DNA of 63,582 nt, filler included, from Stramenopiles sp. TOSAG23-2 (Eukaryota), in NCBI GenBank assembly GCA_900128395.1. It is 20 parts of 20 records of this genome, joined end to end, with 100 filler letters (N's around TTAATTAATTAA, not from the genome) between each part and the next. Parts side by side here need not be neighbours in the genome. Positions count along the whole stretch, not along the records: positions 35,161 to 38,237 come from LT651378.1; positions 38,338 to 41,413 come from LT651379.1; positions 41,514 to 44,585 come from LT651380.1; positions 44,686 to 47,757 come from LT651381.1; positions 47,858 to 50,928 come from LT651382.1; 15 more parts are not named here. The stretch is one strand, 5' to 3'. Below the pieces are notes generated by a model that was given only the letters and a program-made list of their open reading frames with translations, made no database searches and was not told where the DNA came from. Below, in pieces: positions 35,949-47,859 of this stretch; positions within the stretch are counted from its first letter, which is position 1, and each line of letters opens with the position of its first letter. A program made the translations under genes and the position numbers.

Positions 35949-38081
35949 ATGTATAGTTTCATTTCCATGACGAAAAAAATATTCCTCTTCCTAGCAATTA
36001 TTTCGTTTATTACATTTAATGTTCAGGCTAACTTACATAGAGTAACAACAATTGGTAGGTCTCTTGCCGCACAAAAGTCTACTAAACCGGAATGCCAAGA
36101 CGTAAAGGTAGAGGGGAATGCGGCTAAAGTGACAGAAGCTGGGGGAGATGTTACGTTAAATCAATTGAAGAAACAGCGACTAGAACGAGTAAAATGCAAT
36201 TTAGATTGTATGCTAAAAACAAAAAGTAATGACTGGGTTGGATATATGAATAGTTTTCCCCAAGGTATTTTCGCATTTATACCGCTTTTTGCTATCTGTT
36301 TCCTTACATTTTTATGTTGGTTTAGTTGCAGATGTTGTAGCAGATGTTGCGGGAAAAAATGTGGATATGGCTGCTTGTGCAAGTGCTGTTGCTTTATGCC
36401 TCAAAAAAGTGGGCCATATACAAGAGGTCAAAGTAGTCTTGTGGTCATTCTCTATTTGGGCTTTGCACTTGCTACGTTCATTTCTGCTATAGTTGGTCTT
36501 GCTTCTGGTACTGGATTTGGTGTAAGTTTAGTGAAAACTGCTTGCCAATTTGACTCTACTAGAATAAGTGCAAATATTATTTTGGGCCGCGTATTAGACC
36601 CTGCAAAAGCAGTTAATCGAGATATGGATATGATCCTGAAAGATGTTGATGATGAAACGGCACGTGCATTGGCAGCACGTGATGGCCGGTTAACAGAAGA
36701 TGCGCAAAAAGTTTTGATTGCATCATTGGAAGATGTATCTAAAGAAGCGATTAAAGTTGCCGATAAGACATGTGGCTATTCCAAGATCAATGTTGATACC
36801 AAATATTGGAAAAATGGCAATTATTCATGTGAAATTTGTGAGTATAAGAAAAAACACCCTGCAAAAGAAGCGTTGGATGAGTTAGACACTGCTACTGGGG
36901 AGATGGCACAACAAGTTGAAACAGATCGTGTAACTGTTAACGAGTACATTGTTTTAGCTGGTAGCACTATTAAAGATGTGGTAAAATCATTTACTGATGG
37001 TATGCAGAGTGTTGTTGATTTTGTTGATGAGGATGGAGAATGGGATCAAATGGGACAAGAGGGAATTACGGGTGCTAGCACTGCGAAGGCATACGCTCCC
37101 ATAGCAGCTGGAGTTCCATTCAGTGTACTTATTGTAGGTATTGTATTAACTATAATTGGAGTTGTTTTTATGCGCCTACATCCTGGAAAAAGGACAGATA
37201 AGTGTAATGTAGTGAAATGCGCTGGTAGTTATTGTGTTGGATTTAGTTGGTGTTCAACGTGTCTTTCAATTTTGATTACTTTCTTGGTTCTACAAATATT
37301 ATGGCCATTCATTTTTATCGTTGCAGATGTATGCATAGTGTTGGACAATGTTCCAAAAAGCGTAACTTCTTATGTTCCGATGGACGATTATTCAGCTTCC
37401 ATGCTACAATCATGTTTTGACAATACAACTGTATTGCCACCTGGAGCGGAAGGTGAAGGAAACTCGACTGGTGGTCTTGATTTCGCTTCTAACGTTGGCT
37501 TTGGTTCTGCTTCAAAACCACTAAGTGAGGTAGATGCAGACTTAGACGACATGTTTGATTGGCCATGGCTTGATGAAGAATTAGATTACGTGAATAAAAT
37601 GGGCTTAAATTTGACTAGATCACCAAAGAGCTGTGCTGGTAGCAGTAATGTTACGCAATGCACTTGCCTTAACGATCGAATGAAAGGAATCTTTAAGATC
37701 AAAGACATGTATGAAAATATTACAAAGGAGAAGGCAATATTTAAAGACTATATGAATATTTCTATACGGTCTATGTATAAGATTAAAGACGCTACCAAAC
37801 CTATGTTCAGTATCGGGGACAAGATGAAAGCTGGTTTCCAGTGTGGAGAAGTTGGTGAAGAGTATTACGCAATGACAGGTATACTTTGTGGAGACATGCT
37901 TGCAAGTATATCAAATTTAGTATCTGCTTGGACTGCAGCGGCTCTCTTTGGGATGGTTTTAGCATATCTTGGTCTAAAAATCAATCAACGATATGGTGGA
38001 CATGGTTGGCATCCTGATTCCGATGATGGTGATGAAGAAGGTTTTGAAATGACTATTAATGACGATTTTAAAAAAGTTTAA
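35949..38081 (+). CDS. Prominin/Tweety-like pentaspan membrane glycoprotein
   Basis: Signal peptide, TM1 followed by a Cys cluster (CRCCSRCC), five TMs with two large helical loops, ADVCIVLD motif after TM4. Confidence 0.65.
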   Translation: MYSFISMTKKIFLFLAIISFITFNVQANLHRVTTIGRSLAAQKSTKPECQDVKVEGNAAKVTEAGGDVTLNQLKKQRLERVKCNLDCMLKTKSNDWVGYMNSFPQGIFAFIPLFAICFLTFLCWFSCRCCSRCCGKKCGYGCLCKCCCFMPQKSGPYTRGQSSLVVILYLGFALATFISAIVGLASGTGFGVSLVKTACQFDSTRISANIILGRVLDPAKAVNRDMDMILKDVDDETARALAARDGRLTEDAQKVLIASLEDVSKEAIKVADKTCGYSKINVDTKYWKNGNYSCEICEYKKKHPAKEALDELDTATGEMAQQVETDRVTVNEYIVLAGSTIKDVVKSFTDGMQSVVDFVDEDGEWDQMGQEGITGASTAKAYAPIAAGVPFSVLIVGIVLTIIGVVFMRLHPGKRTDKCNVVKCAGSYCVGFSWCSTCLSILITFLVLQILWPFIFIVADVCIVLDNVPKSVTSYVPMDDYSASMLQSCFDNTTVLPPGAEGEGNSTGGLDFASNVGFGSASKPLSEVDADLDDMFDWPWLDEELDYVNKMGLNLTRSPKSCAGSSNVTQCTCLNDRMKGIFKIKDMYENITKEKAIFKDYMNISIRSMYKIKDATKPMFSIGDKMKAGFQCGEVGEEYYAMTGILCGDMLASISNLVSAWTAAALFGMVLAYLGLKINQRYGGHGWHPDSDDGDEEGFEMTINDDFKKV

Positions 38082-38517
38082 AACAGCATGTGTTCATATA
38101 TATATATTTAGAGATAGATATAGATATATATATATATATATACGTGTATTATATACACGTATCGTATCATGATGTGGTAAATGATGAGAAGATAAAAATT
38201 ATTAACGACGTTCGGCACTTCGTTAATTTTTTACGTANNNNNNNNNNNNNNNNNNNNNNNNNNNNNNNNNNNNNNNNNNNNTTAATTAATTAANNNNNNN
38301 NNNNNNNNNNNNNNNNNNNNNNNNNNNNNNNNNNNNNAACAAAATATATAATACATGTTAGTGGAGAGAGTAAAAGTAAATCATATACTAAATATAATAC
38401 TGTAGTACCAAATGTACTAAATCAATATAATTAGAAACAAATATAGACAAAATCAACAACTATATAAAGAAAATTTTTTCATTATTATTGTCAATAATTA
38501 TTGACAATACAAACAAG

Positions 38518-40710
38518 ATGGAAGAAAATAACAATCCATTGGAAATGGAAAGGCAACGTGCCACTTTTCCAATACAGGAAATGAATTTATTATTGAATAA
38601 TAACAAAACATTTCCAGACCGTGATAAAATTATTAAATTATTAAGAGAAGATACAGCACTACAGCAACTCAGAGACAATGAACCTTTTAATAATAAAACA
38701 CAAAATATGAAAGATATGATGTTAAAAACGAAGCGTATACAAGAAATATTAGCAAGCGACTTTCCAGAATTACGTGGTTCATTAGCACGTTTAGCAAACA
38801 AAGCAAATTTAACATATGATTATGCATTTCCACCTTTCAACTCGACGTTATTAAGTGCTGGCGGTAATGGTATGTTTGTTAATGTTATTCGTTCACAAAT
38901 GACGCTGGAACAATCGAAAAAATGGTTATTGCCTGCTATTAAAGGTGAAATTTGGGGTACATATGCACAAACAGAAATGGGGCATGGGAGCAATGTTCGT
39001 GGTTTAGAAACAACTGGTACCTACAACCCATCTACAGAAGAATTTATCATACATTCTCCAACATTATCCTCCACTAAATGGTGGCCAGCACATCTTGGTT
39101 TTGGTTGTACACATGCTGTTGTATATGCAAGGCTTATTGTTGGTGATGTAGATCGTGGTGTGGTTCCTTTCATGGTACAATTAAGAGATACAAAAACATA
39201 TGAACCATTACCTGGTGTACAATTAGGGACCTCTGGACCTACAATAGGCCATTATGCAAATGAACATGGACGTTGTCGCTTTAACAATGTCCGCATTCCG
39301 CGAGACCAATTATGTATGAGATGGCATCAAGTATCACCAGATGGAACATATTTTGCACCAAAAAAAGAAGCAAAAAAAACATCGTATATCACAATGTAAG
39401 TAACTCCTATTCCCCTAAAGCTAGAAAAAGGACATCCTCTCTAACAACACATTGCTGATTCATACGCTACGCTCCACAGGACAAATACCAGAGTTGGTTT
39501 TGTTACCACAGCATATAAGAATTTATCAAAAGCATTGACTATTGGTGTTCGTTATTCATGTTGTAGGAAACAAGGTTTCCCTGCACCTGGTGTACCAGAG
39601 CAAACAATTATGGATTATGGTATGCAACAACATATCATGTTAACATTATTGTCATGTAGTTATGCATTGAAATTTACTTCGTTATATGTAGTAAACTTTT
39701 CCAGCAAAGCAATGGCGCAATTGGATGCCAATACAAGTGAAGGAACGGAAAGTTTTTTAACACAAATGCCTGAATTACATGCAACAACATCTGGTTTAAA
39801 AGCATTAAGTACAAAATTAGCATGTGAAGGGATTGAAGTAATACGTAAAGCTTGTGGGGGACATGGATATGGCCTTTTCAGTGGATTGCCACAATTGTAT
39901 TTAAATACATTAAGAAGCCAAACTGTTGAAGGGGATAATAATGTATTATGTTTGCAAACATCACGATTTTTAGTCAAAGCAATTGAGGAGGCAAAAAGCG
40001 ATGGTGGAGTAAATTTATCTCCGATCTTAGCATATTTAAAACGTGAGTTTACTGGTAACAAAGCACATTGCTCAGTGAAAAATGGATATGATTGGAGAAA
40101 TCGTGATGTTCAATTGAATTGCTTTGGACATTGGGCTTTACGTGAAGTTAGTACAGCAACGGAAAATTATTTAAAAGGCCAAGAAACCATGCCAGAGTAT
40201 CAATCAAAAAACGAAAATATGTATGAATTAGTACAAATGGCATATACACATAGTTATTTCTCTATTTTAACTTCGTTTGCTGGTGCAATTGAAAATTATA
40301 AAGAATCGAATACGATGAATTCTGATGTATTAAGAGTAATGGAACGATTGTGTGATTTATTTGCATTATCTACTTTGCAACAAAATATTGGTGGAATCAC
40401 GATGGATGGTTTTGTTGATCAACAGCAAGTTATGTTATTGAACCAAGAAGTGAAAAGTTTAATGAATGAAATACGGCCTGATGCAGTTGCATTAGTTGAT
40501 TCATTTGGTTTCGACGATATATTAGAATTACATCAAACCGCAATTGGTCGATATGATGGTAATTATACAAAACATTTATGGGAATGGAGTCAAAAAGATC
40601 CAAACAATAATGCAAAAGGAAATAAGAAAACTGGTGATTTCCCACCTGAATTTGATGAAAATTGGGGACCAGTATTGAGTTATTTCAGGAGAAATGCTGG
40701 GAGTTTGTAA
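38518..40710 (+). CDS. ACOX: Acyl-CoA oxidase; 2 exons (38518-39395, 39480-40710)
   Basis: GTYAQTEMGHGSNVRGLETT, KWWP, RKACGGHGY, TVEGDNNV and IGRYDG. Intron 39396-39479 (gtaagt...ctaac...cacag) restores SYITMTNTRV. Confidence 0.95.
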
Positions 40711-40838
40711 AAGAAGGGTATGTGAAATTTATTATTACTCTCATGCGCCGCTGTATATAGCTACACGTAAAAAAATATGAATATTATACACCGTACGTAT
40801 ATTTTTATACAATTCATCTTAAAACACTCTCGCGCACT

Positions 40839-41165
40839 CTACTTTCTTTTCGGGATTACCTCACCGATATTAATCAATGTTTTTACTGTATCTGTCAACG
40901 TTTCATCTAAAGATCTAAATTTCAAATTTACACGATTTTTAATTTTATCATTGCATACATGCATGTACCAATGGATGATCTGGTAGTAGTTGTTTTAAAC
41001 CTTTTGATTTAGCTACACGAACGGTTGATGGTAAATCATATTGCTCATTTGGAAATAATCTCATAATTTCAGGTCCGAAATGTTTAGGGTACCAGGTATA
41101 AAATATCACCACTAAAAAGGAGAAATCGTTCACCAGATTGTACCATCTTTGATTCAGCTAATACT
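40839..41165 (-). pseudogene. Frameshifted C-terminal fragment of an extended SDR (DFR/CCR-like NAD-dependent epimerase/reductase)
   Basis: Across three frames: LAESKMVQSGERFLL / WYPKHFGPEIMRLFP / VCNDKIKNRVNLKFRSLDETLTDTVKTLINIG*. The last segment matches the family's C-terminal FRxLxETLxDTVxSL pattern. Confidence 0.55.
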
Positions 41166-42420
41166 CCGGCACCTTCACTCTAATATTTTCGATTAAGGAG
41201 CCTGCCCAGCCTGCCTCAGGCATGGAAAATAAAATATTTCAATTATAATACGTTTTATTTTTTGATGCAAAAACAATATCTTAATTATCCCATAGTGATA
41301 CAATTTAATTTTGGATACCAACCACAGGAAAAAATGATCATATCCATCGGAAAAATGCACAAAACCACTTTCCTGTGGTCCAAAATGAAAAAAGAAAGAA
41401 CGGTTAGTATGGGNNNNNNNNNNNNNNNNNNNNNNNNNNNNNNNNNNNNNNNNNNNNTTAATTAATTAANNNNNNNNNNNNNNNNNNNNNNNNNNNNNNN
41501 NNNNNNNNNNNNNTTTCGGCCCAAATACATAAAAAATAAAACTAATTATAATTAAAATTTTGTGGCACCCGTTTTTTTTCACGTGCCACCTCGTTTTTCC
41601 TATATATGATTTTTGCTGTGTACTAGACACTACTAGTGCATAGTTACCTGCTAAAAGTGATATCCGCACTATGAGTTATTCTTTTTGTATATCCATAAAT
41701 ATTTCTTCTTTCATATGGATGCTTTTTTCTTACCTCTTTTTGTCCAAATTTATGTGAATGTTTATCATTATCTCTTGCATTCTTAGTTAATTCATTTACT
41801 AAATCCTGTGTAGATATAACTTTTATTTTCTTAATATTATTAACTTTAAAATTCGTCATAAAATCTTCATATCCATCGTCCTTTGCATCAAAGCTATTAT
41901 TATTAAATACAATCGTCAAAAGATATTGAAAAGAAACGAAGTATGTTGGAGAAACAATTAAAAGATGAAGAATTAAAACAAAGAGATTTACAAATTGAAT
42001 TATCAAAATCGAAAGAAATCTTGAGTAATTTAGATGAAAAGTTATTCGATTTAAGTGCGATATTAATTGAAGAAAATCAACATTCAAATGTAAATCTTAA
42101 AAAACAACAAATATTGAAATTGAATCAAAAGAAAGCAACATTAGAACGTCGATACAATCAATTACAATCTGAATACAATCGTATCTGAATTTATTTCCCT
42201 GTAATTTAAAATGTTATTGAAATAGCTTCCCCTCCTGCACATATAATGCAGCCCGTAGAGGGAGATTAACTTTTTGTACGAACGTAAAAAAAATTTCCTT
42301 TTTCCTTAGTTTTATTAAAGCGCAGATGTGTAAAATAGCAGACTTCACTACAGACAGTATCATTAACCACAATTTATGTTAATATTTTAATAAATTATTT
42401 TAAAAAATACACTGTATATA

Positions 42421-43422
42421 TCATTGATCCAAGAACGATGGTTTAAAATAACGCAATGGGGTATATGGCATATCAAATTTATTTGGAAATATAAACCAAA
42501 ATATTTTAAAAATGATTAAAACGAAATAACCTATAATTTTGTATGGAAAATATGGTGTATCTTCAAATATTCCAACCCAATCTCTGACTAATCGTTGATT
42601 TGTATTTAAATGTTTCATTGCAATCATATCACCTTCGACTAATTTTTCACAAATTTTCGTTGATTCAATATTTTCTAAAATATGTTTTTCACTTGATGAA
42701 CGAGGGACTGGCGATATACCACGTTTCAAATGCCATGCAATGACAATTTGTGTTTTTGTACAATTATATTTCAACGAAAGTAAATCCAATGTTGGATTTT
42801 TATGATAAATAGAAGGATGCATTTTTCCAAGTGGACTCCATGCAGTTACTATTATATTATTTTCTGTACAGATACGCAACATATTTTCTTGTTGCATAAG
42901 TGGATGGCATTCGATTTGATTTACTACCGGTTTAATCTTTCCAAATTTATTTAAATCTAATAATTCATTCTTTGAAAAATTACTAACACCTATACTACGT
43001 ACTAAACCTTTCTCCACCAATTCTTCCATTTTCTTCCATGTATCATAAACGGTAAAACTATTATCTTCACATCCTAACGTACCTTTTTTCCAATTCAAAG
43101 GCCAATGTAATAAATATAAATTCAAATACGATAAATCAAGTCGTTTCAATGTTAAACGTATTGCTTTTTCAACATTATCAGGATGTTTATCATCGTTCCA
43201 TATTTTGGATGTAATAAATATTTCTTCTCTTTTTATTTTTGATTCTTTTATTGCTTTACCAACTAATATTTCGTTTCCATATACTTTTGCACAATCTAAA
43301 TGACGTATACCATTTTGTAATGCGGTTATAATACCTTTTTTACCTTTCTCACCAAATAAACGTGCTGTACCAAATCCTAAAATAGGCATAGTTTTTCCAT
43401 CGTTTAATTTCACCGTCGTCAT
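42421..43422 (-). CDS. Aldo-keto reductase
   Basis: Catalytic tetrad: DCAKVYGNE, ITSKIW, LLHWP; also SIGVSNF and NQIECHP. Confidence 0.95.
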   Translation of the reverse strand: MTTVKLNDGKTMPILGFGTARLFGEKGKKGIITALQNGIRHLDCAKVYGNEILVGKAIKESKIKREEIFITSKIWNDDKHPDNVEKAIRLTLKRLDLSYLNLYLLHWPLNWKKGTLGCEDNSFTVYDTWKKMEELVEKGLVRSIGVSNFSKNELLDLNKFGKIKPVVNQIECHPLMQQENMLRICTENNIIVTAWSPLGKMHPSIYHKNPTLDLLSLKYNCTKTQIVIAWHLKRGISPVPRSSSEKHILENIESTKICEKLVEGDMIAMKHLNTNQRLVRDWVGIFEDTPYFPYKIIGYFVLIIFKIFWFIFPNKFDMPYTPLRYFKPSFLDQ

Positions 43423-43796
43423 GTGTTGTATTTGTATTTAATGTATCTCTCTATATATATTTATATTATCGAGACAAAGAAATATATAAGATTTGATTGG
43501 AAGGAGAGGAGAGAGGAAAATGAGTGATTTCAAAATCAAGCATTAATTGAATTAATATATTGCACTATTTGCACATTTATTTGCATGCATTTGTGCAGGA
43601 CAATTTCCCTACCAGGTATAGTGCTATACTTGAAATAATAAATAAGAGGTGGAAAAATAATAATAATTTCAATAATGGAATGTGCGAATAGCGTGCAATA
43701 GGAAATAAATCTGGAAATCTATATAATATAATTTATTGATGTTTTTTAGCCCATGCTGTGTGTCTGGTACGGCCAATTTTGAACTTAGCATGGAAT

Positions 43797-43977
43797 AGCA
43801 TTACTAATGGTGTGTATATGCTAGCAAATTGTAGTGAGTGCTGTGTGATGCTATCTCGTGGCCATTATTTGGCCATTTTTGAAACCCGGCCTTAGGGCTA
43901 GCATTAATAATGGTGTGTAGATGCTAGCAAATTGTAGTGAATGCTGTGTGATGCTAGCTCGTGGCCATTATTTGGCC
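43797..43977. repeat. Diverged tandem repeat, ~102-bp period
   Basis: tagcatta(c/a)taatggtgtgta(t/g)atgctagcaaattgtagtga...cgtggccattatttggcc occurs twice. Confidence 0.85.
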
Positions 43978-45315
43978 TTATCTTAAGGTGATAATAGTCG
44001 TCTATTATAATGCTTTAAAAAAGAGTTCTTACAACGGTGTGGTTGGCAGGCTGGGCAGGCCCGCAGGGCAAGAGGCAAGAGGTGAACTTTTCGATGGTAA
44101 TGTACTAATAAAGGATGGCAATATGGCAGCGCTTGAAAATTTCACTGTTTGGAAAAGTGACCGGTCTTTTTTATTGTCTATATTGGAAATTTTTTAACAT
44201 CATACACGGGGCAAAATCACCCTACGATTATTTTAAAAAATTATTCATTACGCAACATACAAACGCCGGAACGCAACAACCAATATATCAAATATCAAAT
44301 ACAGTTATTATTATTATTGGAAACAAATAAAAGCTGCTGGCATTGTCGAAACCCACGATATACATTAAAATAAGCGCAGGATCTGTGTCGGATTTTTATT
44401 TGCCGGTATTTCAAAAGAGCTACCCGCAGTAAACAAAAGAAAAGTGGTTTTGGCCCTAAAGTATTTTTGATTGTTCCAGTGCACTTGTTATAAATGCTTA
44501 GAGGAAGTTTCAACTCCTAAGAAACTTTAAATACATCACTATACAAAAAGACAATCCCAAATCTACAGCAATCCCCGAAAAGATANNNNNNNNNNNNNNN
44601 NNNNNNNNNNNNNNNNNNNNNNNNNNNNNTTAATTAATTAANNNNNNNNNNNNNNNNNNNNNNNNNNNNNNNNNNNNNNNNNNNNATATTTGTTCATATA
44701 CAAAATTTTCCTTAAAATATGATTGATAATAAAAATCTTGTTTTTTTATATTATTTTTGTAATGTGAAAAAATGCGGCACACTTGTCCATAGTGGACTTG
44801 ACCTGCAATTGAATTCCAGGAATTTCAAATAGCGTTTCAATGCTATTTACCTGCTTATAATAATCATCTAAAAATAATAGATAAAAAAATCTTTGTTGTG
44901 AAGACTGTATAAATAAACTGGTAAAGTTTAAGTCAGAATAATAATATATTGTTTAATGTGTATGTGTGTTGTTCAATATTTTACTTACTTGTTTTTTCNN
45001 NNNNNNNNNNNNNNNNNNNNNNNNNNNNNNNNNNNNNNNNNNNNNNNNNNNNNNNNNNNNNNNNNNNNNNNNNNNNNNNNNNNNNNNNNNNNNNNNNNNN
45101 NNNNNNNNNNNNNNNNNNNNNNNNNNNNNNNNNNNNNNNNNNNNNNNNNNNNNNNNNNNNNNNNNNNNNNATATATATATATATAATCGTGTTAACGAGA
45201 AAAAAAAAAGAAGAAAAAAACACGCAGAAAAAAAAACGTATTATTATTATTAGTGAAAAAATAACAGAGGAGTTAGAATATATATATATACAATTAGTAG
45301 ATATATCTAAATAAA

Positions 45316-46811
45316 ATGATGATGAAATATATATCGTTTATAATAGCAGTATCACTATTGTTCATATCTACAACATATTTCGTATCAGCAGAAAAAATCA
45401 GAGCAGCAGCGTATCTATCTCCAGTAGATAAGGCTGGAGGAAAAGCTAAATATGGACGTGTTATATTTGAACAAGATACTATGACTAATCCAGAGGACAA
45501 AAACATTAATCCAGTCAAAGTAGACGTGTCGGAGTTAAAAGGTTTTCCAGAAGGATTATATGGATTTCATATTCACCAGTTTGGTGATTTAATTCAACCT
45601 GGAACACATTTTATACCAATATGCACCGGCCCAGATCCTACTGATCCAACAACAACAACTGCCGCGCCAAGCTCTTGCCAAGATGATGCCACACACGGTT
45701 TTCCTTTGAACCCAAATAACAACGTATATCAAGCAGGTGACCTAGGTAATATAAAATGCAAAGCTGATGGCACTTGTCAAATTTGTGTATGTACAACTAA
45801 AGAAGCTATCGAAAAAGGTCTTGAAGGTATTACGAAGATAAAATATAACGAGCCAGATTGTAATAATTGCCAAGATTCTCAATATTTTAAAGGTGAAAAG
45901 TTTACATTACGTCCGCCTCCTGTTAGTGTAACGAATGATATTGATCGTAGTGTTGTTGCAAGAGCATTAGTCGTTCATTCTCAAGTGGATCATGGTGGGC
46001 CACCATTTGGAAATGTATGTATACCTCTCTCTCTCTTTCTTCTTTTTTTTTGTTTTGTACACAATATATATATATATATATAACTAACATATATGATGAT
46101 ACATATCTACATGAATAAATAAAACAGGCTGGACCACCTATGTCGCGTGGCGTCATTGGACCTGTTGCATTGGATCCAGGACAGACATCCATTGCAACAA
46201 GTGAACCACCACGAAATCCTCCAATATCAGCATTAATCTGCGCATTTGATGAGTATTTAAATACTCAATATGTCGATACAAACCAAAAAATTAGTGGCGA
46301 AGCATTGATTATGATATCAAATGTAAATAATATTAATGGGGAGTGTGAAATGCATGCAGAATTTACAGGATTGCGCCTTGGTGACCATTCATTTCATTTT
46401 CATGCATATTCAACTAATTTAAGTGATCCAAATAGTCAAGTATTAGGTCCTATTTATAATGGACCAGACCCAAATAAAAACCAATTAGAAGTTAAATTAT
46501 TAAATGTTAAATCGGAGGCAGATAAAGCAATTTTTGAAGCAAAATGTTCTTTAGCAGATTTATATAGCTATGCCGGTAGATCATTAACAATACACAAAGG
46601 CCCAGAGATATCAGATCCAACAATTGCTGTTGCGGTTTGTGGCATGGCTAATCCAGATACGTGTTTTAAAGGATCAACCGGGCCAGTTGGATGCTTAAAA
46701 GCTATGAACGTAGCCGATGGTCCCACGACTGCAAATAATGGTAGTGAAATTTACCATTCACTTGTTGTTATTTTGTTATCTGCTTTGATGTTTATTCAAT
46801 TGCAATTTTAA
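45316..46811 (+). CDS. Secreted, probably GPI-anchored, tandem Cu/Zn-SOD-like protein; 2 exons (45316-46014, 46128-46811)
   Basis: Domain 1: GFHIH, GTHF, AGDLGNI, RALVVH. Intron 46015-46127 (gtatgt...actaac...acag) restores GNAGPPMSRGVIG. Domain 2: HSFHFH, GRSLTIH. Signal peptide and hydrophobic C-terminus. Confidence 0.85.
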
Positions 46812-47183
46812 AATTGCTACACACGCACATATTGGTTTTATTTTATTTTACGGAAATAATGTTGTGTGGTACTTCGTATCATATTTATATTTTTAGTTAA
46901 ATATTATCTATATCATACATGCGCAGTATCATATATATATATAATATGAAAGAGAGAGAGATTTTTTGTCTGTTTTTGTTTGTGTATGGTATTATATATG
47001 TAATTTTCTTTTTAATCTCTATCAAAATATAAAATGTACGCGTATTTTAATATAACATTTTTTAAAAAATAAAATTTTAACAATCTATGCCTATATTATA
47101 TTTAATTTACGCATGTAATATGAATGCATTTTAGTATATTATATATCGTATTTGATAATATAATTTGAACATCATGTACTCTC

Positions 47184-47757
47184 TTAATAGACCCATAAAA
47201 TTTTTTTGCTCATATCTGTTCTAGAAGATTTATATGCATTCATTTTCTTTACATTAGATACACCTAAATAAAATGCACCAAGAATAAGATCCTCTTCACC
47301 ATTCAAAGACTCATTCATATTTAAAATAGTTCTAACACGACTATCCATTAACCAATTATTCCAACCACTTGATGACCAATACCCTCCATATCCTTCGTTC
47401 CAATAGGCTGTCAATTGAAGATGTAGATTTTCGACAGCCATAGCAACCGATGCATTTTCTTCCCATTGCGGCATCATTTTATCACGAGCATTTAATACAC
47501 GCTTGACACATATGAAAATGATCGCACTACATTTTTGTAATTCCTTTCTTTTACGTTCGATTTTTGATTTAATTTTCTTTTTTTTAACTTCATCATCAAC
47601 AGAATTCAAAGAGACTTCTAATCGAATGTCTAATAATTTTTTCATCGTTTCAGGTCCAATGACGCAAAATCGCCATGGTTCTGTTTTACCATGAGTAGGT
47701 GCCCAATTCGCCGATGCAAGAATATCTTTTATAACATCCAATGGTACTTTTTTCGTT
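47184..47757 (-). CDS. Nitroreductase family protein (YdjA-like), 5'-partial
   Basis: ANWAPTHGKTEPWRF, AMAVENLHL, GGYWSS and LGAFYLG. Confidence 0.88.
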
Positions 47758-47859
47758 NNNNNNNNNNNNNNNNNNNNNNNNNNNNNNNNNNNNNNNNNNN
47801 NTTAATTAATTAANNNNNNNNNNNNNNNNNNNNNNNNNNNNNNNNNNNNNNNNNNNNGT

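Noticed and set aside
41644-42188. Back-to-back coding-like fragments (minus 41644-41900; plus coiled coil 41910-42188)
   Set aside because: No recognisable family and no clear starts; may be decayed or chimeric, so I cannot support a call.
44949-45314. ORFs spanning the N-gap, and other X-containing ORFs at linkers
   Set aside because: Artefacts of translating through Ns.
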